A DNA stretch of 64,000 nt, taken from the sequence record PZ019085.1; one strand, 5' to 3'. A model generated the notes under the pieces. That model ran no database searches and was not told the DNA's origin. It worked only from the letters and a program-made list of their open reading frames with translations. Positions 51,436 through 62,178 of this stretch are shown piece after piece. Every line of letters starts with the position of its first letter. Position 1 is the stretch's first letter. A program made the position numbers and the translations under genes. This DNA is from a phage.

Positions 51436-52434
51436 ATGTTTAAGAAATACAGCAGTCTTGAAAACCACTACAACTCTAAGTTTATTGAAAAACTCTACAC
51501 TAATGGTTTGACTACCGGTGTTTGGGTAGCACGTGAGAAAATCCATGGGACCAACTTTAGTTTAATTATTGAACGTGACAACGTCACATGCGCCAAGCGC
51601 ACAGGCCCTATTCTTCCAGCAGAAGATTTTTATGGCTATGAAATAGTACTCAAGAAGTATGATAAAGCTATTAAAGCCGTTCAGGAATTCATGTACACAG
51701 CTCGAGCCGTATCATATCAAGTATTCGGTGAATTCGCTGGTGGTGGAATCCAGAAAGGTGTTGACTACGGTGAAAAAGATTTTTATGTGTTCGATATCAT
51801 TATCAATACAGAAAGTGGTGATAATACGTATTTGACTGATTACGAAATGCAAGATTTCTGTAATGAATTCGGTTTTAAAATGGCACCAATGCTTGGTCGT
51901 GGAACATTTGATTCTCTTATCATGATTCCAAACGACCTTGATTCTGTCTTAGCCGCTTATAATGCTACTGCGTCAGAAGACCTTGTAGAAGCAAATAATT
52001 GTGTATTTGATGCTAATGTTATTGGTGATAATACTGCAGAAGGTTATGTTCTGAAGCCCTGTTTCCCTAAATGGCTGCCAAACGGTACTCGTGTAGCTAT
52101 TAAGTGCAAGAACTCTAAATTCAGTGAAAAGAAAAAGTCTGATAAGCCTATTAAAACTCAGGTTCCATTAACCGAAATTGACAAAAACCTGCTTGATGTT
52201 CTAGCTTGTTATGTTACATTAAATCGTGTTAATAATGTTATTTCTAAGATTGGGGCCATAACGCCAAAAGATTTTGGCAAAGTGATGGGATTGACTGTTC
52301 AAGATATTCTGGAAGAAACTTCTCGTGAAGGTATTGTATTAACATCATCTGATAATCCGAATCTTGTTAAGAAAGAATTAGTCCGAATGGTGCAAGATGT
52401 TCTGCGTCCTGCATGGATTGAATTAGTATCATAA
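51436..52434 (+). CDS. rnlB: RNA ligase 2
   Basis: 332 aa; nucleotidyltransferase lysine motif EKIHGTNFS; position after gene 24. Confidence 0.8.
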   Translation: MFKKYSSLENHYNSKFIEKLYTNGLTTGVWVAREKIHGTNFSLIIERDNVTCAKRTGPILPAEDFYGYEIVLKKYDKAIKAVQEFMYTARAVSYQVFGEFAGGGIQKGVDYGEKDFYVFDIIINTESGDNTYLTDYEMQDFCNEFGFKMAPMLGRGTFDSLIMIPNDLDSVLAAYNATASEDLVEANNCVFDANVIGDNTAEGYVLKPCFPKWLPNGTRVAIKCKNSKFSEKKKSDKPIKTQVPLTEIDKNLLDVLACYVTLNRVNNVISKIGAITPKDFGKVMGLTVQDILEETSREGIVLTSSDNPNLVKKELVRMVQDVLRPAWIELVS

Positions 52435-52440
52435 CGAAAA

Positions 52441-52458
52441 AGGGACCTTACGGTCCCT
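52441..52458. terminator. bidirectional hairpin between convergent rnlB and gene 24
   Basis: AGGGACC-TTAC-GGTCCCT followed by TTGTTTT. Confidence 0.5.
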
Positions 52459-52463
52459 TTGTT

Positions 52464-53747
52464 TTATTCATCAACGATGATTTTTGGCAATTTAACACCG
52501 AGTAAAACAGACAAGTCTGAACGTCCCGCCATTTTATCCATGTCCCCGCCATCAATTATTCTCGCTTCTTTTTCATCTTTTGCTACTGTGTAAGGATTTG
52601 CTGATAAAGCATATCTAACCAATAATCCAATAGATGGTTGCAAGCTTTCTGGATCAACTACAACTTTAAAAGCACCGACGTGTTCTGGGTCATCTAAATC
52701 TACTCCTTCAGTGTATGGAGCATAAAAGATGGACCCTACAATTTCTTTTTCGCCGATATTTTCTACAACACCCACAATAACGTAATCTAACGGACTGTTG
52801 GTATCGCAATAAAGCGGTAATCCATTTGCCAAGAATCCATAAGCATTTTGTGAAAGATACTTGTCATCTTCTGGCTTATGTTTTAACCAACCTGATGCAG
52901 CAAGAATCGCAGCAGCACGAGCTGAGGCTACACAAAACGTTGCAGTATAAGTTGTCTCTTTTTGAATGTGTGATACCATTTCACACACCATTCGATATAA
53001 TGAACGACCTGCTTCTGGAGCGGATGCATAGCTCAAGTCAATAAATCCGGTATCAGTAATTCCAGTAACTTTATAACGTTTAGATACAGTAATTAAAGAC
53101 TGAAGAATATCTTTATTAATTTCATCAGCCATTTCAGTAGCAAGCAAATCTTCTAAGAAGTTAGGGGCATCAAATCCATTCGCTTCCAAATCTTGCGCTA
53201 ATTCAACCGTGAGACCAGTTTTAAGTTTACGAGATTTGACTGAAGTTTGCCATTTATTAATCTGGAATCTTGCATCAGAAATTTCGCTATCAGAGCTTTC
53301 AAATTTGCTTGTTACCGCTGCATCTGAAAATAACCGTACCTTTAAATGAACGACTGCAATCTGAAGAGCTAATTCTAGATCACTTTCTTGAATATCTGCA
53401 AATGGTGTATCTTCTAACACTTTATAGACGATATTATTATATTTGAAAAAATCGCCTTTATTTAGTGTGACTTTTGATTCTTCTGTGAGTTCAGTAATTT
53501 TTTCTCGGTCTACATATCCAACTTCACCCGCATAAGTAGCACCAGTTTTAAATGTGAATTCGTTATCTGGGTTAAGATATTTGATACCATAAAAAGCAGC
53601 AACAGGCTGATTAGTTCTTTGTGTTGCTACAATGTCAGAATATATTAATTTAGTCGTAGCGCGAGTCAAAGCAACGAGATTTGGGCGACCAACTGAGTTG
53701 CTAGTAGACGTTGTAGATTCACGCAATAATTTTTGGATTTTACTCAT
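52464..53747 (-). CDS. 24: gp24 head vertex protein
   Basis: 427 aa as in T4; paralogous to gp23. Confidence 0.9.
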   Translation of the reverse strand: MSKIQKLLRESTTSTSNSVGRPNLVALTRATTKLIYSDIVATQRTNQPVAAFYGIKYLNPDNEFTFKTGATYAGEVGYVDREKITELTEESKVTLNKGDFFKYNNIVYKVLEDTPFADIQESDLELALQIAVVHLKVRLFSDAAVTSKFESSDSEISDARFQINKWQTSVKSRKLKTGLTVELAQDLEANGFDAPNFLEDLLATEMADEINKDILQSLITVSKRYKVTGITDTGFIDLSYASAPEAGRSLYRMVCEMVSHIQKETTYTATFCVASARAAAILAASGWLKHKPEDDKYLSQNAYGFLANGLPLYCDTNSPLDYVIVGVVENIGEKEIVGSIFYAPYTEGVDLDDPEHVGAFKVVVDPESLQPSIGLLVRYALSANPYTVAKDEKEARIIDGGDMDKMAGRSDLSVLLGVKLPKIIVDE

Positions 53748-53774
53748 TGCATTTTTTCCTTATGTGATATAGAT

Positions 53775-53782
53775 TATTTATA
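53775..53782 (-). promoter_or_regulatory. late promoter for gene 24
   Basis: TATAAATA on minus strand 28 nt upstream of the gene 24 ATG. Confidence 0.6.
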
Positions 53783-53788
53783 AAGATT

Positions 53789-53818
53789 GTTTACAACGTA
53801 TTTGGTATGTGATACTAT
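53789..53818 (+). promoter_or_regulatory. early promoter cassette upstream of ORF 53849
   Basis: GTTTAC 53789-53794, 18-bp spacer, TACTAT 53813-53818, then conserved TATCAAC. Confidence 0.55.
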
Positions 53819-53848
53819 AGACTTATCAACTACAGAGGAGTAAACAAA

Positions 53849-54118
53849 ATGACTAAAGCACGTTTCTTACGAGATACTTTAAAAGTTCTGGAAGCTGAAG
53901 CAGTTAAGTTAGTAGAAAAATATGGTGCAAAAGTTAATGGTAATGCCTTCAACAAAGTATGGATGAAAGTTGATTCTGAAGCTCGAGCTAAAGGTTATTG
54001 GGCCACTGATAAACTTGCGTCATTCAAAAACAAAGATGGTTCTCCGGCATATGTCCAAGAAGGTATGCCTAATTGGCAAAATATTTTGAAAACTTACATT
54101 GAAATTGCACAGAAATAA
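53849..54118 (+). CDS. hypothetical early protein (89 aa) antisense to the head gene block
   Basis: ORF with early promoter 53789-53818 and SD GAGGAG. Confidence 0.5.
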   Translation: MTKARFLRDTLKVLEAEAVKLVEKYGAKVNGNAFNKVWMKVDSEARAKGYWATDKLASFKNKDGSPAYVQEGMPNWQNILKTYIEIAQK

Positions 54119-54128
54119 AACCAAAAAT

Positions 54129-54146
54129 GGGAGACCGAAGTCTCCC
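54129..54146 (-). terminator. intrinsic terminator after gene 23
   Basis: GGGAGAC-UUCG-GUCUCCC followed by AUUUUU on the minus strand. Confidence 0.65.
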
Positions 54147-54170
54147 AAAATAAGATTTAATCAATTAAGA

Positions 54171-55739
54171 TTAGATGCCTTTTACATATACACGACGGAA
54201 GTAAGCGTTCTTACCAAGGCTGTTCAGGATAGACGGCATACCGGACTGGATGCGAGCACCTGGAGCCTGCAGGGAACTTTCAGCAAACGGGTTAACACCG
54301 ATACCGTAACGAGTTTTAAATCCCATTACCGGCTGGAAGTTCTTAGGATCGGAACCACGCAGTGGGGTAAGTGCAACGTAAGGAGCATAGTAAATACCTG
54401 CATCCATTTCGTTAGCGCCTTTGTAACCAACGGTGAAGTAATCCTGTTTAGCATACTGGTCGATGTATACGCGGTATTTACCACCAAGTACACCGGCAAA
54501 TACAGACTTAGTAGTGTCGGTATTAAAACCAGAAGCCAGACCCTGTGCAGCGTAAGAAATACCAGTGTCAACTGAAGCCAGTACGTTAACTACGTTACGG
54601 GAAGCGATAATGAAGTTACCTTCACCACGACCGGTTTGACGAGCAATTTCAACTGCTTCTTTATCAATCTGGAACAACAGAGATTTAAAGCTTTCACCAG
54701 CCCAACGAGCACCACGGATATCAATCGGGTCCTGGAAGTCAAATACGCCAGCTTTAGAACCCGGAGTCAGGGTCATACCGGATTTACCAACCTGTGCCGA
54801 GTAGTTAATCCAATCAACAACTTCACGGTTGATTTCTAGCATAATTTCTGTAGCCAGAATACCGCTCAGTTCAGCATCAGCATCCATACCGTGTACTGCA
54901 CGGAGGTCTTGTGCTAATTCGATAGAGTAAGCAGCTTTCAGCTGGCGAGATTTAGCTTCGATAACTTGTTTATCGATACGGAAGCCCATTTCATTCCATG
55001 GGTTATCGGTAGAACCGTTGAAACCTTCCTGGAGTTCAGCGATAGAAGTAGCCATACCTTCAGCGATTTCTACCAGTGCACCAGCTTCCATTTGTTTCTT
55101 AACTTCTGCATCTAATTTAGTTGCATCAGTTGCACCAGAATCAAGTGTTACGACAGCAGAAGCTTGCAGATATACAGTACCAGTTTCTTGGAAGAAGTGA
55201 GTATAGATATCACCTACAACAGTAGTAGTGTCAGCAGCCAGAGCTGGGAATTTCTTAGCAGCACCCTGACCAGAGAACATCGCGTCTGGGGCATACATCG
55301 GATGGAAAGCTTCTTTAGCGCCAGCAGCGATAGGGTCTTTACCATATACCGCACGGAGAGCAAATACCTGACCGGTAGGGCTGTTCATAGGCTGAACACC
55401 ACAAATATCAAAAGCGATCAGATTAGGAATAGCACGACGAACCATACCCATAACTGCCGGCCCAATCTGGGTTACCGCACCAGAGGTTTGACCTGCTGCG
55501 ATGTTCTGAGCATTATAACCATGGTCACCACCAATTTCAGCTTCGGTCAAGAAAGAACCAAATGCCTGAGCGATTTTCTCGTCTTTATATTCAGGGGATA
55601 CTTCGAAATCTTTTTCCTGGTTTTCGAAGATTTTAGCGATAATAGCCTGCTTGCTATTAGCGATTTCCGGCAGGCCTTCACCTTCCAGCAGTTCTTTCCA
55701 TTTGTCTACGAGCTGAGCTTTAGTTTTGATAGTAGTCAT
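54171..55739 (-). CDS. 23: gp23 major capsid protein
   Basis: 522 aa; MTTIKTKAQLVDKWKELLEGEGLPEIANSKQAIIAKIFENQEKDF... matches T4 gp23. Confidence 0.97.
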   Translation of the reverse strand: MTTIKTKAQLVDKWKELLEGEGLPEIANSKQAIIAKIFENQEKDFEVSPEYKDEKIAQAFGSFLTEAEIGGDHGYNAQNIAAGQTSGAVTQIGPAVMGMVRRAIPNLIAFDICGVQPMNSPTGQVFALRAVYGKDPIAAGAKEAFHPMYAPDAMFSGQGAAKKFPALAADTTTVVGDIYTHFFQETGTVYLQASAVVTLDSGATDATKLDAEVKKQMEAGALVEIAEGMATSIAELQEGFNGSTDNPWNEMGFRIDKQVIEAKSRQLKAAYSIELAQDLRAVHGMDADAELSGILATEIMLEINREVVDWINYSAQVGKSGMTLTPGSKAGVFDFQDPIDIRGARWAGESFKSLLFQIDKEAVEIARQTGRGEGNFIIASRNVVNVLASVDTGISYAAQGLASGFNTDTTKSVFAGVLGGKYRVYIDQYAKQDYFTVGYKGANEMDAGIYYAPYVALTPLRGSDPKNFQPVMGFKTRYGIGVNPFAESSLQAPGARIQSGMPSILNSLGKNAYFRRVYVKGI

Positions 55740-55756
55740 TTGTGTTAACCTTTAAA

Positions 55757-56569
55757 TTAGAAACGAGATGCGACTTTCGCATATAAACTTACATTAGAAT
55801 TCTGTTCTACCTGAGTTGTGGTAGTGTCAACTGCTTCGGCAACAAAATTAAGACCGGCAGCGTCATTGTCAACTGTATTTATACTTTCGGTAATAGCGGC
55901 TTCTTCTTTAGTAGAACCTTTAACCATTTCTACAATAGCAGTTAACTTAGTACCAAATGCGTCAGAATAATCCATACCTTCAACCAGGCCAATAACTTTT
56001 TCTTTCTGAGATTCAGTCAGGTCTTTTACGCTTTCATTAATAGCGGTTTCACGCTGAACGTAATTGATATATGCATCACGTTTGGTAACTTCTTCGAACA
56101 AACGAGCGGTTTCTTCTTTATGTTCGGCCAGCTCTTCTTCCATTTCTGCTACAACATCTACAGATTCTTCTGGAACAACAACGTTATGTTCAACAAACAG
56201 TTCTTTCAGACCACCAAGCATGGATTCGAACAAATCAGCTTTAATGCCTTTATCAACTGCGATTTGGTTTTCTGCGAGCCATTCTTTTGCAAGATGGTCT
56301 AGGAATTTAGAAGCTTGTTCGGCCAATTTTTTATCAGCTTTCTCTTCAGCATCTTCTTTAGCCTTTTCAACTTCTTCTTCGGCCTTTTCGGCGATGGCTT
56401 TGATATGAGATTCAGCCAGTTTGACTGCTTCCTGCTTAACGGTGGCTTCGAATACAGTGCTGAAATTAGCTTTAACGTCCGGAGACAGTTCTACTGATTC
56501 GAAAACACTATTAAGAGCAACTGAAGTCTCGATGTTCTGAGCTTCTTTCAAAAGTTGTTCTTTGATCAT
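55757..56569 (-). CDS. 22: gp22 prohead core scaffold protein
   Basis: 270 aa; Glu/Lys-rich helical; matches T4 gp22. Confidence 0.85.
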   Translation of the reverse strand: MIKEQLLKEAQNIETSVALNSVFESVELSPDVKANFSTVFEATVKQEAVKLAESHIKAIAEKAEEEVEKAKEDAEEKADKKLAEQASKFLDHLAKEWLAENQIAVDKGIKADLFESMLGGLKELFVEHNVVVPEESVDVVAEMEEELAEHKEETARLFEEVTKRDAYINYVQRETAINESVKDLTESQKEKVIGLVEGMDYSDAFGTKLTAIVEMVKGSTKEEAAITESINTVDNDAAGLNFVAEAVDTTTTQVEQNSNVSLYAKVASRF

Positions 56570-56599
56570 TTTAGTGTCCTGTGGTTTAGATTACATTAT

Positions 56600-56607
56600 T
56601 ATTTATA
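56600..56607 (-). promoter_or_regulatory. late promoter for gene 22
   Basis: TATAAATA on minus strand 31 nt upstream of the gene 22 ATG, overlapping the gene 21 stop. Confidence 0.55.
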
Positions 56608-57244
56608 ATGCTTTTAAACTCTCTGCGAGAGCTTTAAATGCTTCGTCAGCACTGTTTTTGGTGATTTCCACCGAATTTTCTGATTCTGATATTTGTTTAG
56701 GAGTAACCCAAGCATCTGGAGCAGAAGGTCCCCATACGGCATCTACGCCGACGGTTAATTTAAATCCTTCGTTCACGATACGGTACCCTTTATTGGTGTC
56801 GGTTAAAGAACCAAGACCACGAGAGGAAACACCTGGAATCCAACCAGCTCGTATATTAGCAGCTAATTTATCGCCGGGACCATGGTCGCCTTCAATAATT
56901 CTAGCACGTCCATATACATCGTTTCCTTTCCACCACATATCTTCAATAATGATAGCGGCTTGCATAGGGTCAACATTTGCACGAGGTGGATGGTTTAATT
57001 CTCCAAGGGCTTGTTTGGTTTCGACTTGTTCTTTAATATAGTCACTTACTGCTTTTTCCAAAACGCGTTTAGGATATAACCGTTTATTTCGGTTAACAAC
57101 CTCTGCCTGAAGAAAAATACCTTCTATATAAAGCCCTGGTTTTAAGCCAGAATCTTTTCCATCATGAGATTCCAACATTGGAACGCCATCAATAATCTCA
57201 CCGGGTTGACCCCAAGTTTCAATAAGTAACTCGGGTTTATTCAT
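56603..57244 (-). CDS. 21: gp21 prohead protease
   Basis: 213 aa; [25 protein letters not shown]... matches T4 gp21. Confidence 0.85.
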   Translation of the reverse strand: MNKPELLIETWGQPGEIIDGVPMLESHDGKDSGLKPGLYIEGIFLQAEVVNRNKRLYPKRVLEKAVSDYIKEQVETKQALGELNHPPRANVDPMQAAIIIEDMWWKGNDVYGRARIIEGDHGPGDKLAANIRAGWIPGVSSRGLGSLTDTNKGYRIVNEGFKLTVGVDAVWGPSAPDAWVTPKQISESENSVEITKNSADEAFKALAESLKAL

Positions 57245-57669
57245 TAGCTTAATCCTAATGCTTTACGACGTTTAAGAGCTTTTTTACGCTTACGCAAGCC
57301 TTTAACTTGGCCTGAAGGGTTAGCTTTTTTAGCTTTAACGACCTTACGAGCGATTTGTCTACGTTTTGCTTTAGAAAGACCAGTTGTTTGGAACGCGTTA
57401 CGTTCACGAGTTTTACGGTCTTTAGTGCGGGTGACTTCACCACGAGAAGAAACATGTTTAACGATAAACTCATTTAACTGTTCTTCATTAATAATGGAAG
57501 CCATTGCAACAGCTAAATCCGTTTCAGTTTCAAGCATGTTCTCGATAATAGTATTTATATCGTCAATATCGAGAGCAGAAGACAATGCATCGATTCGGCC
57601 CTGTGCTTCAGGAATAAGTGCTTCGACATTTTCGAGTACCAATTCATAAGATTCAGGGATAAGATACAT
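57244..57669 (-). CDS. 68: gp68 prohead core protein
   Basis: 141 aa as in T4; basic C-terminus. Confidence 0.7.
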   Translation of the reverse strand: MYLIPESYELVLENVEALIPEAQGRIDALSSALDIDDINTIIENMLETETDLAVAMASIINEEQLNEFIVKHVSSRGEVTRTKDRKTRERNAFQTTGLSKAKRRQIARKVVKAKKANPSGQVKGLRKRKKALKRRKALGLS

Positions 57670-57908
57670 TATTCATCGTCCTCATCATCTTCGTCTTCGT
57701 CGTCATCGCCTTCATCGGCGTCGTCTTCCGAAGCTTTAGCTTTCTTTTCTTCTTCTTCAGGTTCTTCGCCTTCAATCAAAAATTGAGAAGCGATTTCTGC
57801 TTTGCGTGCTTCAATCAAACGAACCGTTTTTTCTGCCATTGCACTTTCAAAAAACTTTCGAGTAGCAACGAGGTCGTTTGATTTAATAGCTTGAATTAAA
57901 TCGTCCAT
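57669..57908 (-). CDS. 67: gp67 prohead core protein
   Basis: 79 aa with poly-acidic C-terminus. Confidence 0.7.
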   Translation of the reverse strand: MDDLIQAIKSNDLVATRKFFESAMAEKTVRLIEARKAEIASQFLIEGEEPEEEEKKAKASEDDADEGDDDEDEDDEDDE

Positions 57909-59479
57909 TAAAAATCCTCTTGTTCTTGGTCGGGGTCTTGGAAACGAGCCTCTTTCGACTCTTCTTCAATTTGCTTAGCCTCTTGTTCAATTTCCTCATC
58001 AGACATCTGAAGAATATCTTTCATAGCTGTTCTGTGAGAAATATATTTACCAATAAATGGTTCGGCCATCTGAAGCATATTAATGCGACGCTCCAGAATC
58101 TCAGCATCCTTTAATTCCGAGAAATAACTATCCCGATGAAATTTTATCTTAATATTATTTATTTCATCATTCCACTCATCTTCTGTAATAATTCCTTTAA
58201 GAATTAAATTAGTTTTAAGCGGGTCTAGGAATATCTCTTCAAATTTATGTTGCAGCTCACGAATAAATTTACCAAATGACAATTCATCTCGTGTAATAGA
58301 AGTACCAGCATCAAACTGTATACCACCTTGGTCACTTGGAATACGGGTAATAGGAATACGTAAAGCCATATAAAGCGCATTACGGAACCAACGTACATCT
58401 TCCATATTTCCAGTATTATCTGCACCTGGTAATGTGTCAACTTCTGTTACTGCTTTACCATCACGTCGTTGTAACCAATAATCTTCGGTCATCGACATAA
58501 TATGCTGCTGGTTTTTAATCTTGCCTGTAGTAGCATCATATGCAATACGGTTTTTCATCGTATTCATAACATGTTGCATATGTTCTGCTGCTTTTCTTGA
58601 AGGCATATTACCTGTATCAACGTACCATACACGACGATCGGGAGCACGAGTAATACGATAAATTACAACGGCATCTTCAAGAAGTTTTAATTGGTTCGCT
58701 GGCTTAATAGCCCGATGCAAATAACCGATGATATTTTTACCACAACAATCAACTAAACCAGAATGGGCATAAACAATAGCGGCTTTAGGAATTTTTATTT
58801 TTGTGCCAGCTTCATATATGCGACCATCACAAGCATAAGATTCGTGTGATGTGTCATAAATGAAATATTCTTTATAACCCTTGACTATTTTAACACCGGC
58901 TTCAGTGGTTGTAATAACTTCACGGACATATTGAACTTGACGTGGGTCTAAACGACGAAGCTCTTTAATACCTTCTTTAGGGCGTTTAGGGTCAATAATT
59001 TTATGGAAGAAAATTCGAGAATCCACATACCAACGTCTAAAATGATCTGAACCTTTACGTTGGAAAGATAAATGATTTAACACTTCGTTAAATTCATCCA
59101 ACATCATTGATTTGATATTTGGACTAAATTTTGTGTTGTCTAAATTTATAGAAACGACTTCTGTATCATCTTCATACACGATAGCATCGGAAACTATTTC
59201 AGAGACCGCGTTATCCACTTCATAGTTCGTCATCAAATTTCGATACGTATCGATTAATTCACGGGTCGATTTGAGCCCTGGTTCTTGACTACCGAACATT
59301 CTCTGAAACATAGCATTATATGTTTGCTGTGCTTCATTTTCAGATACTTCGTATTCTTTAGCGCCATCGTCCAATTTTGGCGTGGTGATAGATTCTAAAT
59401 TTTCTTTTTCTTGGTCTTTGTAATCACGTTCGTCCATTTTTGCCCATGGAGCAAACAAACTTAAGATATTAAATTTCAT
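57908..59479 (-). CDS. 20: gp20 portal vertex protein
   Basis: 523 aa (T4 524); synteny. Confidence 0.9.
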   Translation of the reverse strand: MKFNILSLFAPWAKMDERDYKDQEKENLESITTPKLDDGAKEYEVSENEAQQTYNAMFQRMFGSQEPGLKSTRELIDTYRNLMTNYEVDNAVSEIVSDAIVYEDDTEVVSINLDNTKFSPNIKSMMLDEFNEVLNHLSFQRKGSDHFRRWYVDSRIFFHKIIDPKRPKEGIKELRRLDPRQVQYVREVITTTEAGVKIVKGYKEYFIYDTSHESYACDGRIYEAGTKIKIPKAAIVYAHSGLVDCCGKNIIGYLHRAIKPANQLKLLEDAVVIYRITRAPDRRVWYVDTGNMPSRKAAEHMQHVMNTMKNRIAYDATTGKIKNQQHIMSMTEDYWLQRRDGKAVTEVDTLPGADNTGNMEDVRWFRNALYMALRIPITRIPSDQGGIQFDAGTSITRDELSFGKFIRELQHKFEEIFLDPLKTNLILKGIITEDEWNDEINNIKIKFHRDSYFSELKDAEILERRINMLQMAEPFIGKYISHRTAMKDILQMSDEEIEQEAKQIEEESKEARFQDPDQEQEDF

Positions 59480-59507
59480 TGTATTCTCCGAATGGGAATT
59501 ATAGTTA

Positions 59508-59515
59508 TATTTATA
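59508..59515 (-). promoter_or_regulatory. late promoter for gene 20
   Basis: TATAAATA on minus strand 29 nt upstream of the gene 20 ATG; shares the extended box CCATATAAATATAACT with the gene 19 promoter. Confidence 0.6.
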
Positions 59516-59542
59516 TGGACTTCTCCGTCATCACGGGAAGCT

Positions 59543-59556
59543 GGGGATTTCTCCCC
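59543..59556 (-). terminator. GAAA-tetraloop hairpin after gene 19
   Basis: GGGGA-GAAA-UCCCC on the minus strand, no U-run. Confidence 0.35.
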
Positions 59557-59563
59557 AACCAGA

Positions 59564-60055
59564 TTATTCCCACCAATCAAGAGCAAGAGTTACTTCGAAC
59601 GTTTCAATCTCGTTATTGCTGTCCCAGTCAAGAGATACTTCACCAACGTTAGTAGGCCACAAGCCAACAATTTCAACTTCTTTAGTGACCGTTTTAGCAT
59701 CACGAGCAAATTGACGAACGATAGCAGTCTTTTTATATTCGGCAGGTTTACCACCGGTAATTTCATTACCTTGTCCTGCTGCAATACCTTGCCAATCAAC
59801 AAATTTCTGACGAATGCTATGAGCATCATCGTTCATTACTGTAATAGTCCAATCATCGAATGTACGATCACCAGCCACGTTAATTTTACGGTTCATATAA
59901 GAAACAGGAACCTTTTCAACGATCGCAGCAGGAAGAGCCGTAGCACGACACTGGAAGCTAAAGTTTTGCCCAAGATAAGAGATTTCTACTTCGAACAGGT
60001 TAGGGCGAGCGAAATCACCTGATTCGAAGGCACGAGTTACGTCATCTACAAACAT
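59564..60055 (-). CDS. 19: gp19 tail tube protein
   Basis: 163 aa as in T4; synteny. Confidence 0.9.
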   Translation of the reverse strand: MFVDDVTRAFESGDFARPNLFEVEISYLGQNFSFQCRATALPAAIVEKVPVSYMNRKINVAGDRTFDDWTITVMNDDAHSIRQKFVDWQGIAAGQGNEITGGKPAEYKKTAIVRQFARDAKTVTKEVEIVGLWPTNVGEVSLDWDSNNEIETFEVTLALDWWE

Positions 60056-60128
60056 ATTAGCCTCTGTAGTAATATGGGCTCAGGATTAACCGGATGCCCA
60101 TAGAATTAATTTTTAAACGATATAGTTA

Positions 60129-60136
60129 TATTTATA
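60129..60136 (-). promoter_or_regulatory. late promoter for gene 19
   Basis: TATAAATA on minus strand immediately downstream of the gene 18 terminator hairpin. Confidence 0.6.
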
Positions 60137-60156
60137 TGGGCTACCGAAATAGCCCA
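60137..60156 (-). terminator. hairpin after gene 18
   Basis: UGGGCUA-UUUCGG-UAGCCCA on the minus strand, immediately upstream of the gene 19 late promoter. Confidence 0.5.
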
Positions 60157-60168
60157 TCAGGCGTCTTA

Positions 60169-62151
60169 TTAGCCACCTACAGCACCAATTAGTTCGTCGA
60201 AATCGGCACCAGTTGCTGTTGCTACAAAGTTCAACGTAATATAATTTATCGAGCGGGCAGGTTGTAAGTAGAAAGTAGCTACAAATTCATTACGGTCGAT
60301 AACTGCTGGGGTGTTATTGGTAGTATCACAAACAACTTTAAAGTTATATACACCACCAAGAGCTTTAATACCCTGTAGATATTGAGAAGTCTCTGTACGG
60401 AAAGAAGAACGGGTAAATGCGTTGTTCAATTCAAACAGGCGATATTTAGATGCTGAACCAATGTTCGTTTTAACCATATTGAACAAACGACGAACGTTAA
60501 TACGGTCAAATGGTGAAGGAACAGAAGTGGCAGTTTTATCACCATACAGAACATACCCATCACCACCGGTACCAGTAACAGGGTTAATAGCTTCCTGATA
60601 CAAACGATCACGCTGCGCTTGGCGAGTTTCAATTGCAAGCTTAATAACGTTAAGAATTTGTCCACGGTTATAACCGGCAGGAGACATCCAAGGCTGAGAA
60701 ATATTGTCTGTGCGAGCACAAAGACCAGCAATATCAGCAGCTAATGGAACCCAACGATTCACGTCATTATATTTGTCATATTGATATTTATAGTTACCAT
60801 CAATAGCAGCATAAGTAGAACTTACATTAAAGTTATTATCAGTGTAAGTTCCTGACGCAGTACGCCAATCAACCAGATTATCAACTGCACGATTAACAGG
60901 AATACCGACTATAGTTGCACGTGGCGGTGAGCAAAGAACCAAACAATCTTGGCGAGAATCACCAATTGCTACAACATGTTTCTGAACTGTAGAAGCAACT
61001 TCTAAAGATTCACCTGCGCAAGAACCGGCAATAAACAACTGCGCATTAACAGATTCACGGTCAGCAAACAAATCCCAAGCTTCCATTAAATCACCAGCGT
61101 CAACCGTTTCATTAGATGATAAGCCACCACCCAGTTTGATTACGCCAGAGAAACCTTTTGGCCAACCTTGTGCAGTAGCGAAAATATAATTGCTTGCGCC
61201 TTTAGCAAAGAAATCATCAATAAAGATATTACTACCATAGATATCGCGTTCACCACGTTTAGTAGAAAGAACTACGCTCTGAACTACTGCATCGTTACGA
61301 CGAACGATAATTGCATATTGGTCATCAGTTTGTGGACCATACCCAAAGATTGCTTTAGCCGTAGATGCACGAGTACCACCATCAGGATAAATTTTTAACT
61401 GGGCTGAAGCACCTTTGTCATAGTCTGCTTTAGATACGATTTCAATTTCGAGCTGGTCACCAAGTTCACCAGGATAAAGAGCAACTACGCCTGGGACACC
61501 ATATTTTTTAATAGATTCTTGGAAAGTTAGAGAAGTAATAGCTTCTTCAGAAGTTTCAACTTCAGTTAACAGAATACCCGAATCGGTTACGATAGAACCA
61601 ATTGTAATAACGCCAGAAAGTCCAGAAGAAGAACTGGCAACTTCGGCGGTCCAGTTAGAACCCAATGCCGGATATTCATTAATTTCTTTTGCACGAGCAA
61701 TAATTTTACCAGTTGGGATATAAATGTTAAGAATTTTACCATCGACATCAACTGAAGTGACATAACCATCTGCTTCAACAGTTTCGGTCAAATACTTAAC
61801 GATAATTTTATCACCGACTGCATAGTTACTACCGGCAGCAGAGATTGTGAATTCAATATTGCCTGCTACAGGAGATGAGTTCTTAGCAGTATCACGATCA
61901 ACTGCGCGTACAACACGAAGGTCATTACCATATTGAAGGAAGTTCATAGCAGACATGAAATAATCTGCTGTATCTGTATTAGGAGTACCAAACATATCAA
62001 CTAATGAAACTTCATCAGTGATTTGTTTAATCTGGAATGCCGGTCCCCATTGGAATTTTCCAGCCAGGGCAGCAGTACCAGTGGAGTTATTAACTACAGT
62101 ACTCTGTACGGTAGTTTCTTTGAGCTCAACGCCCGGAGAGAGAAGTGCCAT
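60169..62151 (-). CDS. 18: gp18 tail sheath protein
   Basis: 660 aa; MALLSPGVELKETTVQSTVVNNSTGTAALAGKFQWGPAFQIKQ... matches T4 gp18. Confidence 0.95.
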   Translation of the reverse strand: MALLSPGVELKETTVQSTVVNNSTGTAALAGKFQWGPAFQIKQITDEVSLVDMFGTPNTDTADYFMSAMNFLQYGNDLRVVRAVDRDTAKNSSPVAGNIEFTISAAGSNYAVGDKIIVKYLTETVEADGYVTSVDVDGKILNIYIPTGKIIARAKEINEYPALGSNWTAEVASSSSGLSGVITIGSIVTDSGILLTEVETSEEAITSLTFQESIKKYGVPGVVALYPGELGDQLEIEIVSKADYDKGASAQLKIYPDGGTRASTAKAIFGYGPQTDDQYAIIVRRNDAVVQSVVLSTKRGERDIYGSNIFIDDFFAKGASNYIFATAQGWPKGFSGVIKLGGGLSSNETVDAGDLMEAWDLFADRESVNAQLFIAGSCAGESLEVASTVQKHVVAIGDSRQDCLVLCSPPRATIVGIPVNRAVDNLVDWRTASGTYTDNNFNVSSTYAAIDGNYKYQYDKYNDVNRWVPLAADIAGLCARTDNISQPWMSPAGYNRGQILNVIKLAIETRQAQRDRLYQEAINPVTGTGGDGYVLYGDKTATSVPSPFDRINVRRLFNMVKTNIGSASKYRLFELNNAFTRSSFRTETSQYLQGIKALGGVYNFKVVCDTTNNTPAVIDRNEFVATFYLQPARSINYITLNFVATATGADFDELIGAVGG

Positions 62152-62178
62152 TTTAATTCCTCTTAATTTGCTTTATTT

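Noticed and set aside
56064-56408. 114-aa Ser/Ala-rich plus-strand ORF inside gene 22
   Set aside because: Antisense of the Glu/Lys-rich scaffold gene; the low-complexity composition is a mirror artefact.
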